Shown: positions 40,352 through 51,173, numbered from the stretch's first letter. The stretch is 64,000 bases of DNA from Negativicutes bacterium (GCA_963665275.2 CAXXIN010000007.1:1-64000), one strand, 5' to 3'. Program-made: numbers and translations. Notes: a model not told the origin generated them from the letters alone.

Positions 40352-42199
40352 TTATTGGATCGGCTCTCTAATCTCAGTTGCCATTACGCCGTCCGCGCAT
40401 CGGACAACAATGTATCGCTCCCAAGCGGTTTCTTTTCGCGTTACTGGAACATTGTCTTCATATTGAGCAAACCGCAAATGTGGCCCCCGGCTCTCGTCGC
40501 GCAACAACGCCGCGCGAAGGACCGCTTCCGCTGTCAACAACAAGCTTCTGTTCTCGAAGAAATAGGCCGGTGATTTCTCGCCCATAGCAAACCCTTCGGC
40601 TTTGATTGTTTCCAACTGTAATAGCCTTTCCTTAAGTCCGGCTTCTGTGCGTACGATTCCTGCCCCAGCCTCAGTCAGGCCTTGCAGCGTCCGGCGGAAC
40701 TCCATCGCATTCACAGAGCAGCCTGCTGAACTGGCAATCTCGCCGAGAATGTCCTCAACCGCCGCCTTCAGCGTTACGTCATCCGCCGCCAATTCATCGG
40801 CCGGCAACGACTTGCCTTTGGTCTCTTTCACACAGGCAGCGGCATCTTCACCGGCGATCCGCCCGAATACCTGGCAATCCAGCAATGCATTGCCGCCGGG
40901 CCGATTGGCGCCGTGCTGCCCCCCAGCCGTCTCGCCTGCTGCCCACACGCCGGGTACCGTAGTTCTCGCCTGGGCATTGATTTTAATCCCGCCTTGAAAA
41001 TGTTGAGCGCAGGCAGCCACCTCAATCAGATCGCCTTTCATCAGATTGATCCCGTACTCGGCGAACCAATCGATTGAAGGCTGGTTGATCTCCCGCAGAC
41101 GCTCAAGCGGCGTTTTGTTTCGAAGCGCCTCGCCAAGATCCATCGTCATTTCGCTGCGATACCGAGCCTGATTTTCCGCTGTCAGCCATTCAAAGGAAAA
41201 ACCTTGCGGGTTTCGCCCAAAATCGAGAAACGTCCGTCGACCGGCTTTCCATTCTTTGTAGAGAGCGATATCGATGATATGGGTTTTGTGCTCATACGAC
41301 ACCGGCCAGCTGGCGCCCTTGAGGAATACGGTATTGGCAATTTCCGCAGCAGAGGTCCCTGCCGGGAAATATTGAGCCAGGAATTCTTCCCCTTCGGAGT
41401 TGACCAATCGGGGAATCGCCCGCATCATACTGCCGGAACAATTGAACTTGGTTTTCGTGGACGCAATGCCGATCTGCACGAATTCCATGTTGACGAGTTC
41501 CGCCCCCGCTGCGTAAGCCATGGCGAAGCCGTCACCCGTCATCCCGCCGGGGAACACATTGTGTTCATAAATCATACCGCCGCCGCCGGTAGCCAGAATA
41601 GCCGCTGGTGTGCGAATGATGAACGCGGCTTGGGCAGGATCTTTCTCGCGCGTATCCAGCGCCACAGCTCCAACCAAGCGTTTCCCCGCATGAACGAGAC
41701 GCACTACCATCGCATAATCCAATACATCAATTCCCAAAGTGCAAAAATGTTTCACCAATGCGTTTTCAATGTGAACAGCTGTCCGGGGCCCGGTATAACA
41801 AGCCCTTGCATATGCCGATCCATCTGTAACGAATTGGTCGGCGTGCCCATCTTTCTTGACAAAGGGAACTCCGAGTCCGTCAAGATATTCATAGGCACCC
41901 GCAGCATTTTTCGCCAACACTTCAGCCAGATTTTTGTCTGAGACTTTGCCGCCGATGCGATAGATATCATCGGCATGATAGGACCAGGCATCGTTACCGC
42001 CCGGTTCTGTTGTCGGCAACGTGGCATGAAAAGCCATTCGATCAGAGCAAGAATTGGCAGTCACGCCGCTCTTCCCCGGCTTGCCTTTGGTCGCCACGCA
42101 CACGGACAGTCCCGACTCCGCTTCTTTGGCAGCTATAGCGGCGCGCAAGGCTGCGCCACCACTGCCGACCACCAGTACGTCACAGTCTACGATTTTCAT
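40352..42199 (-). CDS. FAD-binding oxidoreductase, SdhA/FrdA/NadB superfamily, atypical active site
   Basis: VVGSGGAAL, LATGGGG, TGDG..MAY.AGA.L.NMEFVQ, AAGE, HGANRPGGNAL and RDESRGPH motifs. Confidence 0.85.
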   Translation of the reverse strand: MKIVDCDVLVVGSGGAALRAAIAAKEAESGLSVCVATKGKPGKSGVTANSCSDRMAFHATLPTTEPGGNDAWSYHADDIYRIGGKVSDKNLAEVLAKNAAGAYEYLDGLGVPFVKKDGHADQFVTDGSAYARACYTGPRTAVHIENALVKHFCTLGIDVLDYAMVVRLVHAGKRLVGAVALDTREKDPAQAAFIIRTPAAILATGGGGMIYEHNVFPGGMTGDGFAMAYAAGAELVNMEFVQIGIASTKTKFNCSGSMMRAIPRLVNSEGEEFLAQYFPAGTSAAEIANTVFLKGASWPVSYEHKTHIIDIALYKEWKAGRRTFLDFGRNPQGFSFEWLTAENQARYRSEMTMDLGEALRNKTPLERLREINQPSIDWFAEYGINLMKGDLIEVAACAQHFQGGIKINAQARTTVPGVWAAGETAGGQHGANRPGGNALLDCQVFGRIAGEDAAACVKETKGKSLPADELAADDVTLKAAVEDILGEIASSAGCSVNAMEFRRTLQGLTEAGAGIVRTEAGLKERLLQLETIKAEGFAMGEKSPAYFFENRSLLLTAEAVLRAALLRDESRGPHLRFAQYEDNVPVTRKETAWERYIVVRCADGVMATEIREPIQ

Positions 42200-42576
42200 G
42201 CATGCTCTCCGCCTTTCATCTCTTGCGCCCAATGTTCGGCTACCGCTTTCGGCGCATAACAAAACATCATGATCATATTGTCAGTCGAAGTGTTCGTCAA
42301 CATATGAGTTGACTGGGGGGTGATGTAAATACAGTCACCGGTCTTCACGTTCCGGGTTTCGTCATCCACTGCGACGATTCCCGCCCCGGCAACAATATAA
42401 TAAACTTCTTCCTGCTGGTGAGAATGCAACGGCACGGAGCCCCCCGGATAAATCGTCACATGCCCCATCACGAACTGTTCCGCTTCCAATGGAGCGTTCG
42501 GTCCCACAATAACCCGGGTCGACCGACCGGCCGGAAACTCCATACCTTTTATATCGGCAACATTAACGATGTTCAA
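42196..42576 (-). CDS. Cupin domain protein
   Basis: PGGSVPLHSHQQEEVYY..G.G and GD.IYI.P...H motifs. Confidence 0.88.
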   Translation of the reverse strand: MNIVNVADIKGMEFPAGRSTRVIVGPNAPLEAEQFVMGHVTIYPGGSVPLHSHQQEEVYYIVAGAGIVAVDDETRNVKTGDCIYITPQSTHMLTNTSTDNMIMMFCYAPKAVAEHWAQEMKGGEHA

Positions 42577-42603
42577 TTCGTTCCCTCCCTAATCAACATG
42601 AGT

Positions 42604-43917
42604 CTACCGAACCTTGATACCCAACGGGCCTTCCAGGATCGTACGCAATTCATTCACATAGTCGCCAAAGATCACCATGTGATGGCAACCCAGCGACTCC
42701 TCGATCCGCTTTTGTGTGGAATCGATCTGGAACCGGAATTGTGTGCGGCAGGTATCCTCATCCGGATTGCTGATGAAATCAGCAGAGAATAGGGTAGCTT
42801 CCGAAAATTCATTTCCAAGCCTGAACAACGTCACTTTTTGCGGCTCCTGCACCTCGATCCGCTGCGCCACACTTACTCCGGTTTCATGATGCGACCGCAC
42901 CGTATAGCTGGTTTTCGTATCGCCGGTCAAACGGCGCGGCGCGGTGCAATGCACGATATCGAGCGTATTGTCCAGGTGGTATACGGGATTGCCCATGAAA
43001 ACCGGTTGTCCTGATACAGCCTTGCCGACCACCATTGATATGGCGGCGTCCAGATCACCTTCGCAGGCGGCAATAAGGCCCGGCTCATCGTTCAACAGGG
43101 AAAGCGCCAGGCAGGAGGTCACTCCGAGCTGTTTCACCAACGAGAAGCAGGATATCGCCATTGCATTGGCATTGTATCGCACCAGCAACCTTTTGAGTGC
43201 AAGGTATAGCCGATATGCGTCCTCCACGCTTGCCGCCGCCGGCTCCCGGCAGGAAGCCGCCGAACCAATGTAGGAAGCGACAAAACTTTTTACGGCCGCA
43301 TCCCTGGGAATCTCATGATATTCGGCGAACAGCTCCTCCAGGCCGATATGAACGCTCTGAATCCCCAACCGGTCTTCGATCCAACGTTCATCGACACTTG
43401 TTGACACAACCCACTGCTGAGTATAGCCGATAATCAGAAGCCGAGTGGCCCGAATCTTATCCATCGCCGACAACAGGAGGCATTTTTCCTGCAACGATGC
43501 CTTATCAAAGACTTTTTCGATCTGTACATGCCGGTTTCGAAGATGCGCCCAGCAATCCATCACTGCCGGCACGGCATTCTTGGATACAATCTGGCGGATG
43601 GTCTGTTCCACCGGCGCCGAAAACAGGTCGTCCCCTGGGAAATACCACCACAACAGGGATTGTTTTGCGGCCTTCGCCACAGAAAGAACCCAGCGCTGGG
43701 TGGCCCCGGAAAGGTTTACCAGCAACGGCGTCGCGTTACTGCATCCTTCAAGGTAAGAATCTACTCCTGCCTGACTGTTCAGGTACAGAGGCTCCAAAAG
43801 TTCCGTCGCCTCAGGCATTATCGCACGAACCAGTTTCATCATCGTGCCTGCATCAGACAAAAACTGCTCCTGCTCATAATAAACCGGACTGGCAAAAAAC
43901 AAAGGCTGAATTCGCAT
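42604..43917 (-). CDS. L-fucose/L-arabinose isomerase-like protein
   Basis: AISCF, CLALSLLND, ACEGD, HCTAP, RSHHETG, CRTQ and GCHH motifs. Confidence 0.75.
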   Translation of the reverse strand: MRIQPLFFASPVYYEQEQFLSDAGTMMKLVRAIMPEATELLEPLYLNSQAGVDSYLEGCSNATPLLVNLSGATQRWVLSVAKAAKQSLLWWYFPGDDLFSAPVEQTIRQIVSKNAVPAVMDCWAHLRNRHVQIEKVFDKASLQEKCLLLSAMDKIRATRLLIIGYTQQWVVSTSVDERWIEDRLGIQSVHIGLEELFAEYHEIPRDAAVKSFVASYIGSAASCREPAAASVEDAYRLYLALKRLLVRYNANAMAISCFSLVKQLGVTSCLALSLLNDEPGLIAACEGDLDAAISMVVGKAVSGQPVFMGNPVYHLDNTLDIVHCTAPRRLTGDTKTSYTVRSHHETGVSVAQRIEVQEPQKVTLFRLGNEFSEATLFSADFISNPDEDTCRTQFRFQIDSTQKRIEESLGCHHMVIFGDYVNELRTILEGPLGIKVR

Positions 43918-43934
43918 ATTGCTTCTCCTCTTAC

Positions 43935-44638
43935 TTAACGTTCCCCAAGGTATGCTTTTTTCACACCTGGGTCGCACAACAAATCTTTCCCTTTACCTTC
44001 CATCGTCACCGGCCATTTTCCAAAACATAGGCATAATCACACAAAGCCAGCGCCTTCTTGGCATTTTGTTCGACCAGCATAACCGTGATTCCCTGTTCGC
44101 GGATTTGGGCAATCAGATCAAAGATGCTTTTGACAATAATCGGGGCAAGGCCCAGCGATGGCTCATCCAACAGAATCAGTTTGGGCTCGGACATCAAGCC
44201 GCGGCACACTGCCAGCATCTGCTGCTCTCCCCCTGACAGCGTTCCAGCCTGTTGATTCCTGCGACTGGAGAGAATAGGATACAGTTGCATCATTTTTTCC
44301 GCATTGGCCTTCAGTTGGCTTGAATTTTTCAGTATATAGCCGCCGGCCAGCAGATTTTCCTCCACCGTAAGTCCGGCAAAAATCTTGCGCCCTTCCGGGA
44401 CCTGAACGATACCCAGATTGACAATATCGTGCGGGACTCTGATGAGTTCTTTTCCTTCAAATTTAATATTGCCCTGCTTCTGTTTTACAATGCCGGAAAT
44501 GGTGTTGAGGAGCGTGGTCTTTCCTGCACCGTTGGAGCCGATAATACTGACGATGCTGCCCTGCGGCACTCGGATGCTCACCCCGGATAGCGCCTGGATG
44601 TGTCCATAGGAAACATGCAGATTCTCTATAGCAAGCAC
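43935..44638 (-). CDS. livF: LivF-like ABC ATPase; 1-bp deletion near 44009 removes the last ~24 aa as sequenced
   Basis: GSNGAGKTT, LSGGEQQ and DEPSLGLAP; adding one G restores ENGRVTMEGKGKDLLCDPGVKKAYLGER*. Confidence 0.88.
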
Positions 44639-45405
44639 GCTTCATCCTCCTCACCAATGTAAGCTGTCGTTACTTCAGAATTGTTCTGTATTTCGGACGG
44701 CGTTCCGCTTGCCAGCAATTTGCCGAAATTGAGCACATAAATATTGGCGCAAAGGGTCATGATGACTTCCATGCGATGCTCAATAACTAGAACGGACAAG
44801 GCGAATTTTTCATGCACCGTTCGAATGAGTCGAATGAAGTCCTGCACTTCGCTCGGATTGAGCCCGGCCGCCGGTTCATCCAACAGCAGCACCTTGGGAT
44901 TGGAGGCCAATGCCCTGGCAAGTTCCAATTTGCGCTGTAATCCGTAGGGAAGGTTTTCCGGCTTTTCGTCCTCATATCCGGCCAGACCGACCAATGCCAA
45001 AAAACTGCGGCTCATGTCGCGAACTTCATTTTCCCGTCTTCGCTTGCGTCCACTGTACAGGAAAACGTCAGCCAGATTATACGACGAGTAGGGATCAGCC
45101 GCCGTCATGACGTTTTCAATCACGTTGAGTCCTTTGAACAGGCGGATATTCTGGAAGGTCCGGGCGAGACCCTTCTGGGTGATCTGATATTGCGGCAAAC
45201 CGCTGATTTTTTCATCATCCAGGAATACCTGCCCTTGATCGAGGGGATAAACTCCGGTCAGCAAATTGAACGCCGTAGTCTTGCCAGCGCCATTGGGGCC
45301 AATGATCCCGACGATCTGACGCTCCCCCACGGAAAATGAAAAATCATCAATCGCCTGCACTCCGCCAAAGGCTTTGGACAGATTCTTTGCTTCCAGACGG
45401 CTCAT
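44626..45405 (-). CDS. livG: LivG-like ABC ATPase
   Basis: GPNGAGKTT, RTFQNIRLF, LPYGLQR and DEPAAG motifs. Confidence 0.9.
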   Translation of the reverse strand: MSRLEAKNLSKAFGGVQAIDDFSFSVGERQIVGIIGPNGAGKTTAFNLLTGVYPLDQGQVFLDDEKISGLPQYQITQKGLARTFQNIRLFKGLNVIENVMTAADPYSSYNLADVFLYSGRKRRRENEVRDMSRSFLALVGLAGYEDEKPENLPYGLQRKLELARALASNPKVLLLDEPAAGLNPSEVQDFIRLIRTVHEKFALSVLVIEHRMEVIMTLCANIYVLNFGKLLASGTPSEIQNNSEVTTAYIGEEDEACLL

Positions 45406-46262
45406 GATGCCTTGACCCCCTTTTTCCCCAACTGCCGCAGCCATTTGAGCGTAAGCTCGAACTCGCCGAAGATCCCGATCGGCCGATAATTGATGATCAA
45501 AAGAACAATCACGCAATACACCGCTATGCGCCATTCTGATGCGAAGCGCAGCATTTCAGGCAAGCCGGTCAGCAGCAGTGTGGCAAATACTGAACCGGTC
45601 AGACTGTTGATCCCACCGACAAATACGATGATGATCCATTCGGCCGATACAATCCAGCCAAATGCCCCCGGTTCGACATAGGTCGTGTAAAAGGCATACA
45701 GAACGCCAGCGTAGCTGGTCATGGCCGCCGCGAACAGGAACGTCACCAGCTTGATGCGGTTCACGTTGATCCCCATGGCTTTCGCCGCCAGTTCATCCGC
45801 CCGAAGCGCCAGACACTGCCGACCATATTTCGAATGTTTGTATCCGACCGCCAAAGCCAGACAAACCGCCACACTGCCCCACACAATGGCAAAATTCGTG
45901 TACTGCGGAATCCCGGAAAGTCCCATGGCTCCGCCGGTCAGATTAGCCGAGTTGTTCAAGAGAGCAATGATAGCTTCGCCAAAACCAAAGGTGACGAGGG
46001 AAATATAATCCCGACGAAGACGAACCGTTGGATATCCTACCAGGAACCCGGCCAGCAGCCCGACAGCCATCGCCGCAGGCACTGCCAACAGAAATGGTAC
46101 ACCCAGGTCTTTCACCAGCATGGCCGAAGTATATGCGCCAACTGAAAAGAAGGCAGCCTGTCCAAAAGAAAACAGCCCCGTCAGTCCCGTAACCAGATAA
46201 GACCCCAGCACCCCGATTACCGTGATGCCTGTGAAAGTAAGAACTGCAAAAATGTATTCCAA
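45402..46262 (-). CDS. livM: LivM-like ABC permease
   Basis: GLFSFGQAAF, RLRRDY and DELAAKAMGIN motifs. Confidence 0.88.
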   Translation of the reverse strand: MEYIFAVLTFTGITVIGVLGSYLVTGLTGLFSFGQAAFFSVGAYTSAMLVKDLGVPFLLAVPAAMAVGLLAGFLVGYPTVRLRRDYISLVTFGFGEAIIALLNNSANLTGGAMGLSGIPQYTNFAIVWGSVAVCLALAVGYKHSKYGRQCLALRADELAAKAMGINVNRIKLVTFLFAAAMTSYAGVLYAFYTTYVEPGAFGWIVSAEWIIIVFVGGINSLTGSVFATLLLTGLPEMLRFASEWRIAVYCVIVLLIINYRPIGIFGEFELTLKWLRQLGKKGVKAS

Positions 46263-46274
46263 CGCCGCGCCCCC

Positions 46275-47165
46275 CTAAGCCTTTTCCTGCACGATGACGC
46301 CCGATATGCCGCGCGGCCTCACCAGCAGGAAAACCAGCATGACAATAAATACAAACACCGGCGCAAGACCGGCGCCTACGGCGCCAATCAGCGTCACTTC
46401 CAGAACTCCGAGCAAAACGGCTCCGATCATAGCGCCTGTGATGCTGCCCAGGCCACCGATAACTGAAGCAATGAAGCCCTTGACGATGAGCTGACCCATT
46501 TGGGGATAGAGCGTGTAGTTGATCCCCAGAAAGACGCCGGCGATGCCGCCCAGAATCCCCGCCGCAATAAAGGTGGCCATAACGACGCGGTTGGAGTCCA
46601 TTCCCATCAGATTGGCAGTATTGACATCAAACGACAAGGCCCTGATGGCAAGGCCGATCCGAGTCCGGTAGAGCACCCACAGCAAAATCATCAAAGATAT
46701 GGAGGAAAACACCAGCATCAACAAATCCGTCAAAGCGATATTGACGTGAGCGATATTCACCACGGTCAGCTCAAAAAATCTCGGATAGGAGTAAAATGTG
46801 CTGCTGGCAAAAATGGTCACGATATTTTCCATCAGGATGCCCATTGTAATCGACGATATGAAGTAATAAATAACCGGACTGTTGTTGTTGCGAATCCGTC
46901 GGAACGCCATCCGTTCCAGCACGATGCCGACCAGGGCGCCAGCCAGCGCCGCACTGAACAAAGTTGCGGCGAACAGGGACAATCCACTGAGCCAGGTGCT
47001 AAAGAACAATGCTGCGGCAAGTCCAATATAGGCGGTCAGGGTCATTACGCCGCCATGGGCAAAATTCGAAAATTTGAGAATGTTGAAAACCAGGGCAAAC
47101 CCCACCGCAATCAGTGCATATACCGACCCCAGGGAAACTCCGTTCAACAACTGCTGAATACTCAC
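46275..47165 (-). CDS. livH: LivH-like ABC permease
   Basis: QQLLNGVSLGSVYALIAVG, NFAHG and GGLGSITGA motifs. Confidence 0.9.
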   Translation of the reverse strand: MSIQQLLNGVSLGSVYALIAVGFALVFNILKFSNFAHGGVMTLTAYIGLAAALFFSTWLSGLSLFAATLFSAALAGALVGIVLERMAFRRIRNNNSPVIYYFISSITMGILMENIVTIFASSTFYSYPRFFELTVVNIAHVNIALTDLLMLVFSSISLMILLWVLYRTRIGLAIRALSFDVNTANLMGMDSNRVVMATFIAAGILGGIAGVFLGINYTLYPQMGQLIVKGFIASVIGGLGSITGAMIGAVLLGVLEVTLIGAVGAGLAPVFVFIVMLVFLLVRPRGISGVIVQEKA

Positions 47166-47266
47166 CGGATACCCTCCACTCATATATTTTAGGAATTTTC
47201 GGGCGGGACTGGACGCAGGGGATTCTATCCCCGCGCCCATCTGTCGAACGTATTGATCATTTCGGA

Positions 47267-48919
47267 TTAGAATATGGTAGCACCCTCATCAGAAGCGCTG
47301 GTCATTTTTTTGTAAAGGGCCAGCCAGCCGGTTGCCGGTTTTTCGATTGGCTTCCAGCTTGCTTTACGTTTTGCCAGTTCTTCGTCGGAAACTTTCACGT
47401 TCATTGTGCGGGCCGGTATATCGATTTCAATGATGTCACCGTTCTGGATCAGAGCCAATGCACCACCGTCATAAGCTTCCGGAGAAACGTAGCCGATGCC
47501 GAGGCCTCGAGTAGCGCCGGAAAAACGGCCATCGGTGATGAGCGCGACACTCTCGTCCAGACCTTTGCCGCACACCGCCGTCAGGAAAGTTTCCAGATGA
47601 GGCATTCCGGGCGAACCTTTGGGTCCCTCGTAGCGGATGACTACGACGTCTCCCGCCACAATTTCATCCCTCAGCAAAGCTTCCCAGCCTTCTGTCTCTG
47701 ATTCATAGACTTTGGCAGGGCCACAGAGCCGATGGGCTTTTTCTTTTACAGCCGAGAATTTCACTATCGCGCCACGGGAAGCCATATTCCCCTGCAAAAC
47801 GGCAATGCCGCCTTCCGGGCTAATCGGATTTGATACTGGATGAATAACGTCCAAATCACGATTTTCCACACCAATCAGTCGTTCCCGCAGGGTACCGGTA
47901 ATCGATCCCACATCCAGGCAGAGCTTGTCTGCTGCCGCCAGTTCCTTCAATACGGCACGGACGCCGCCGGCACGATCGAAGTCAACCATCGTATAGGTAT
48001 CATGGCTGGGGTAGATAGTGCTGAGCAAGGGAATCTCCCGACTGATCCGGTCGAAGTCTTCATAGGTGATATTGAAGCCTGCCTGTTTGGCGACTGCCGG
48101 CAGATGGAGGACGGTATTGGTTGAGCCGCCAGTGGCCATGACATATTTGATGAAATTCATATAGGATTCCAGCGTGATGTGGTCTTTGGGCTTCCAATCC
48201 TTTTTGATGAGTTCGACGATCAGTTCGCCTGACTCCCGGGCCATTTGTTTCCATTCCTCGCTGTTAGCGGCCACGCTGGCATTGCCGGGCAGCGACAGTC
48301 CCAGCACTTCGGCCATGGCGCACATGGTATTGGCCGTACCCATGAACGGACAGGCGCCGGTGGTCGGGCAGGCGTTGCGAACAACCCCCTTGTAGTCTTC
48401 ACGCGACATTATGCCACCTTTATAGGCCGCATAGGACTGTTTCGTGTGGGTCAGGGTAATCATCTTGCCTTTGTAGCTGCCGGGCTGCATGTAGCCGCCG
48501 GTGAACATGACACTGGGCAGGTTGAGCCGGTTCACGGCCATCACCATACCAGGAACGACCTTATCGCAACTCGCCAACAAGATCATGCCATCCAGTTGAT
48601 TGCCTTCCACCATGGACTCGACTTCAGCGGACACCAGATCACGGCTGGGCAGAGTATAACGATCGCCCGGCGTATTGGAGCAGATGCCGTCGCAGATGCC
48701 GGTTACGGGAATTTCCAGCGGCAAGCCCCCGGCTTTGCGGATCGCCGTCTTTATTTCCTCGACTACGCTTTTGAAATGGAAGTGTCCGGGATTGAGCTCG
48801 TTCCATGAATTGACGATGCCGACATAGGGTTTGGTAGTGTCCTCTTCTTTAAGTCCCATCGCAAACAGCAACGCATTGCGGTGGTCAATCGCTTCTTCGG
48901 AAAAATCCTGTGTTCTCAT
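47267..48919 (-). CDS. IlvD/Edd family dehydratase (probably a catabolic paralogue)
   Basis: NPGHFH, CDGI, CDKVVPG, GAC.FMGTANTM, GGSTN, YEGPKG.PGM and TDGRFSG motifs. Confidence 0.88.
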   Translation of the reverse strand: MRTQDFSEEAIDHRNALLFAMGLKEEDTTKPYVGIVNSWNELNPGHFHFKSVVEEIKTAIRKAGGLPLEIPVTGICDGICSNTPGDRYTLPSRDLVSAEVESMVEGNQLDGMILLASCDKVVPGMVMAVNRLNLPSVMFTGGYMQPGSYKGKMITLTHTKQSYAAYKGGIMSREDYKGVVRNACPTTGACPFMGTANTMCAMAEVLGLSLPGNASVAANSEEWKQMARESGELIVELIKKDWKPKDHITLESYMNFIKYVMATGGSTNTVLHLPAVAKQAGFNITYEDFDRISREIPLLSTIYPSHDTYTMVDFDRAGGVRAVLKELAAADKLCLDVGSITGTLRERLIGVENRDLDVIHPVSNPISPEGGIAVLQGNMASRGAIVKFSAVKEKAHRLCGPAKVYESETEGWEALLRDEIVAGDVVVIRYEGPKGSPGMPHLETFLTAVCGKGLDESVALITDGRFSGATRGLGIGYVSPEAYDGGALALIQNGDIIEIDIPARTMNVKVSDEELAKRKASWKPIEKPATGWLALYKKMTSASDEGATIF

Positions 48920-48954
48920 ATTTCATGCACCTATCCTTTCATAATCCAGTGACT

Positions 48955-49734
48955 CTAAAACCGCCGCAAATGGAACCCGCCGTCCACGTTGATGACATCG
49001 CCGGTAGAATACAGCAGTCCGCCGTTACTGAGGGTGAAGATCGCCTGCGCGATATCTTCGGGCTGTCCCCAGCGTTTGATCGGCAACAGACCGTTTTTGA
49101 TCAACGGATCATATTTGTCGTGCACTTTGGCCGTCAGCTCGGTTTCGATGATTCCCGGTCGTATTTCATAGACCCGTATGCCCTCCGGCGCCAGACGGTC
49201 CGCAAAAAGTTGGGTGATCATGCTCACGCCGGCTTTGGAAATGCAGTATTCCCCGCGGTTGAGCGATGTCGTGTAGGCCGACATAGAAGATATATTGATG
49301 ATCATGGGATCCATTTCGGGGTTTTCCCGTTTTTCACCGATCATGATATTGGCAATCGCCTGACTGAGAAAAAATGTGCCCCGCAGATTGATCCCCAGCA
49401 CAAAATCCATACTTTCTTCTGTTGTCTCCAGAATATCCAGCCTGACCTTGGGACCAACCCCGGCGTTGTTTACCAACAGGTCAATTCGCCCGAAATCCTG
49501 CATCAGCTGCCCGACCATCCTGTCTCTGTCTGCCGTTGATGCCAAGTCCCCCTGCACATAAATGACGGGATGACCGAAAGCCTTGACTGCGTCGATCGCT
49601 GCCTGGACTGCTTCAGCCGGCTGGCGAGAGTTCATGGCCACAGCATACCCTTCCCTGGCTAGCCGAACGGCGACCGCCAGGCCGATGCTGCGCGAAGATC
49701 CCGTTACCAGCGCTACTTTTTCCTTTATCATCAT
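48955..49734 (-). CDS. Short-chain dehydrogenase/reductase
   Basis: TGSSRSIG, NNAG, catalytic YCISK and C-terminal DGGFHLRRF. Confidence 0.9.
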   Translation of the reverse strand: MMIKEKVALVTGSSRSIGLAVAVRLAREGYAVAMNSRQPAEAVQAAIDAVKAFGHPVIYVQGDLASTADRDRMVGQLMQDFGRIDLLVNNAGVGPKVRLDILETTEESMDFVLGINLRGTFFLSQAIANIMIGEKRENPEMDPMIINISSMSAYTTSLNRGEYCISKAGVSMITQLFADRLAPEGIRVYEIRPGIIETELTAKVHDKYDPLIKNGLLPIKRWGQPEDIAQAIFTLSNGGLLYSTGDVINVDGGFHLRRF

Positions 49735-49753
49735 CTCTTGCTCCTCTCCTGCT

Positions 49754-50140
49754 TTATCCCATGGGTTTTTCCCGCCACATCAGGTGCAGGATATTTCCTT
49801 CCGGATCGCGGAAGAATAATAATTTACTGCTTTGGGTTTCCCTCCGCTCGATGAAATCGCTTATGCCGTTTTCCCGCAGGTGAGCTTCGGTAGCTGCATA
49901 GTCATCGACCGTGACGGCCAGATGACGAAATCCTGCGGCGGATTGACTGTAATCGGTTTTAGCGCCGCTGGTCGCAGGCAATATTTCGATCACCATTCCG
50001 TCCGGCGCCTTGAGCAAAAACGTGGGCGGTTGTTTGCCGTTATCGTAAACCACCCGCAGGCCGAACAACTTGATGTACCATTCCGCGAGCGCCTTGCTGT
50101 CCATCGCGGCAATCGCGAAATGTTCGAATCCCAAAATCAT
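49754..50140 (-). CDS. VOC (glyoxalase/epimerase) family protein
   Basis: EHFAI, RHLAVTVDD and FFRDPEGN motifs. Confidence 0.85.
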   Translation of the reverse strand: MILGFEHFAIAAMDSKALAEWYIKLFGLRVVYDNGKQPPTFLLKAPDGMVIEILPATSGAKTDYSQSAAGFRHLAVTVDDYAATEAHLRENGISDFIERRETQSSKLLFFRDPEGNILHLMWREKPMG

Positions 50141-50153
50141 GCGTCAGCCTCCC

Positions 50154-51173
50154 TTACGGTTTCAGAATGATCTTCACAGCTTTCTCATTCGGGTCAAGCG
50201 CAGCTTTCATCGCCTTGTCGACATCGGCCAGCGGGAAAACATGGGAAACCAGTTTCTCCAGATCCAGGGTCGAGGTAAGGGCCAGCGCAGTGTCGAAATC
50301 CCAACAGTAACCCTGGGATCCCTGCACGATGATTTCCTGTGAAACGAATATGGAAGCTGGAATCTGAATGGTCGGTTGTTCAAATATGCCCACCATCGTC
50401 GCCGTGCCACCTTTACAAAGGCAAGATATAGCTTGGACAAAGGTTTCCTCTCGTCCGGCGCACTCGAAGGATTTTCCGATACCCCGCCCGCCAGTGACTT
50501 CGCGCACGACATCCACTACCGAATCGTTCCGGGAGTTGACAGTCCGCGTCGCCCCCATGACTGCCGCCATTTGCAGGCGGGCTTCGGAGATGTCCGTAAT
50601 GATTATTTCCCGCGCGCCGGCAGCTTTGCTGACAGCTGCGATCAAAATACCGATGGGTCCGGCGCCGATAATGACTACTTTATCGCCGAGGCCGATTTTG
50701 GCGCGTTTGACCGCATGGACAGCCACTGCCAGCGGTTCGACCAACGCCCCTCCTTCATAGGAAAGATGCTCCGGCAGTTTGTAGACATAACGCTCATCGA
50801 CCACGAAATAATCGGCCATGGCGCCCTGCCCCTTGCGGTAATGGTAGCTCAGGTTGTCGCAGTAGCCATAGAGACCGCTCCTGCAGGGCGGGCAGTCGCC
50901 ACAGACAATGACAGGCTCGACCGTCACCCTGTCACCGATATGGACCGTTGTCACCCCCTCGCCTACCTCAATGACCTCGCCGGCTAGCTCGTGCCCCATA
51001 CTCATCGGTAAGGGCGCCGAAGGATGTTTTCCCTTATAAATGTGCAAATCGCCGCCACAAACACTTGTGGCCCTGATCGCAATCAGCACCTCTGTGTTGC
51101 CGAGTTTCGGGACTTCATGTTCGATGAGTTCGGCCGTTCCCGCCGTATGAACCATTGCCATTCTAGATTTCAC
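50154..51173 (-). CDS. Zinc-dependent alcohol/polyol dehydrogenase
   Basis: CGGDLH, GHE, CGDCPPC..C, EPLAVAVH and GAGPIG motifs. Confidence 0.92.
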   Translation of the reverse strand: MKSRMAMVHTAGTAELIEHEVPKLGNTEVLIAIRATSVCGGDLHIYKGKHPSAPLPMSMGHELAGEVIEVGEGVTTVHIGDRVTVEPVIVCGDCPPCRSGLYGYCDNLSYHYRKGQGAMADYFVVDERYVYKLPEHLSYEGGALVEPLAVAVHAVKRAKIGLGDKVVIIGAGPIGILIAAVSKAAGAREIIITDISEARLQMAAVMGATRTVNSRNDSVVDVVREVTGGRGIGKSFECAGREETFVQAISCLCKGGTATMVGIFEQPTIQIPASIFVSQEIIVQGSQGYCWDFDTALALTSTLDLEKLVSHVFPLADVDKAMKAALDPNEKAVKIILKP

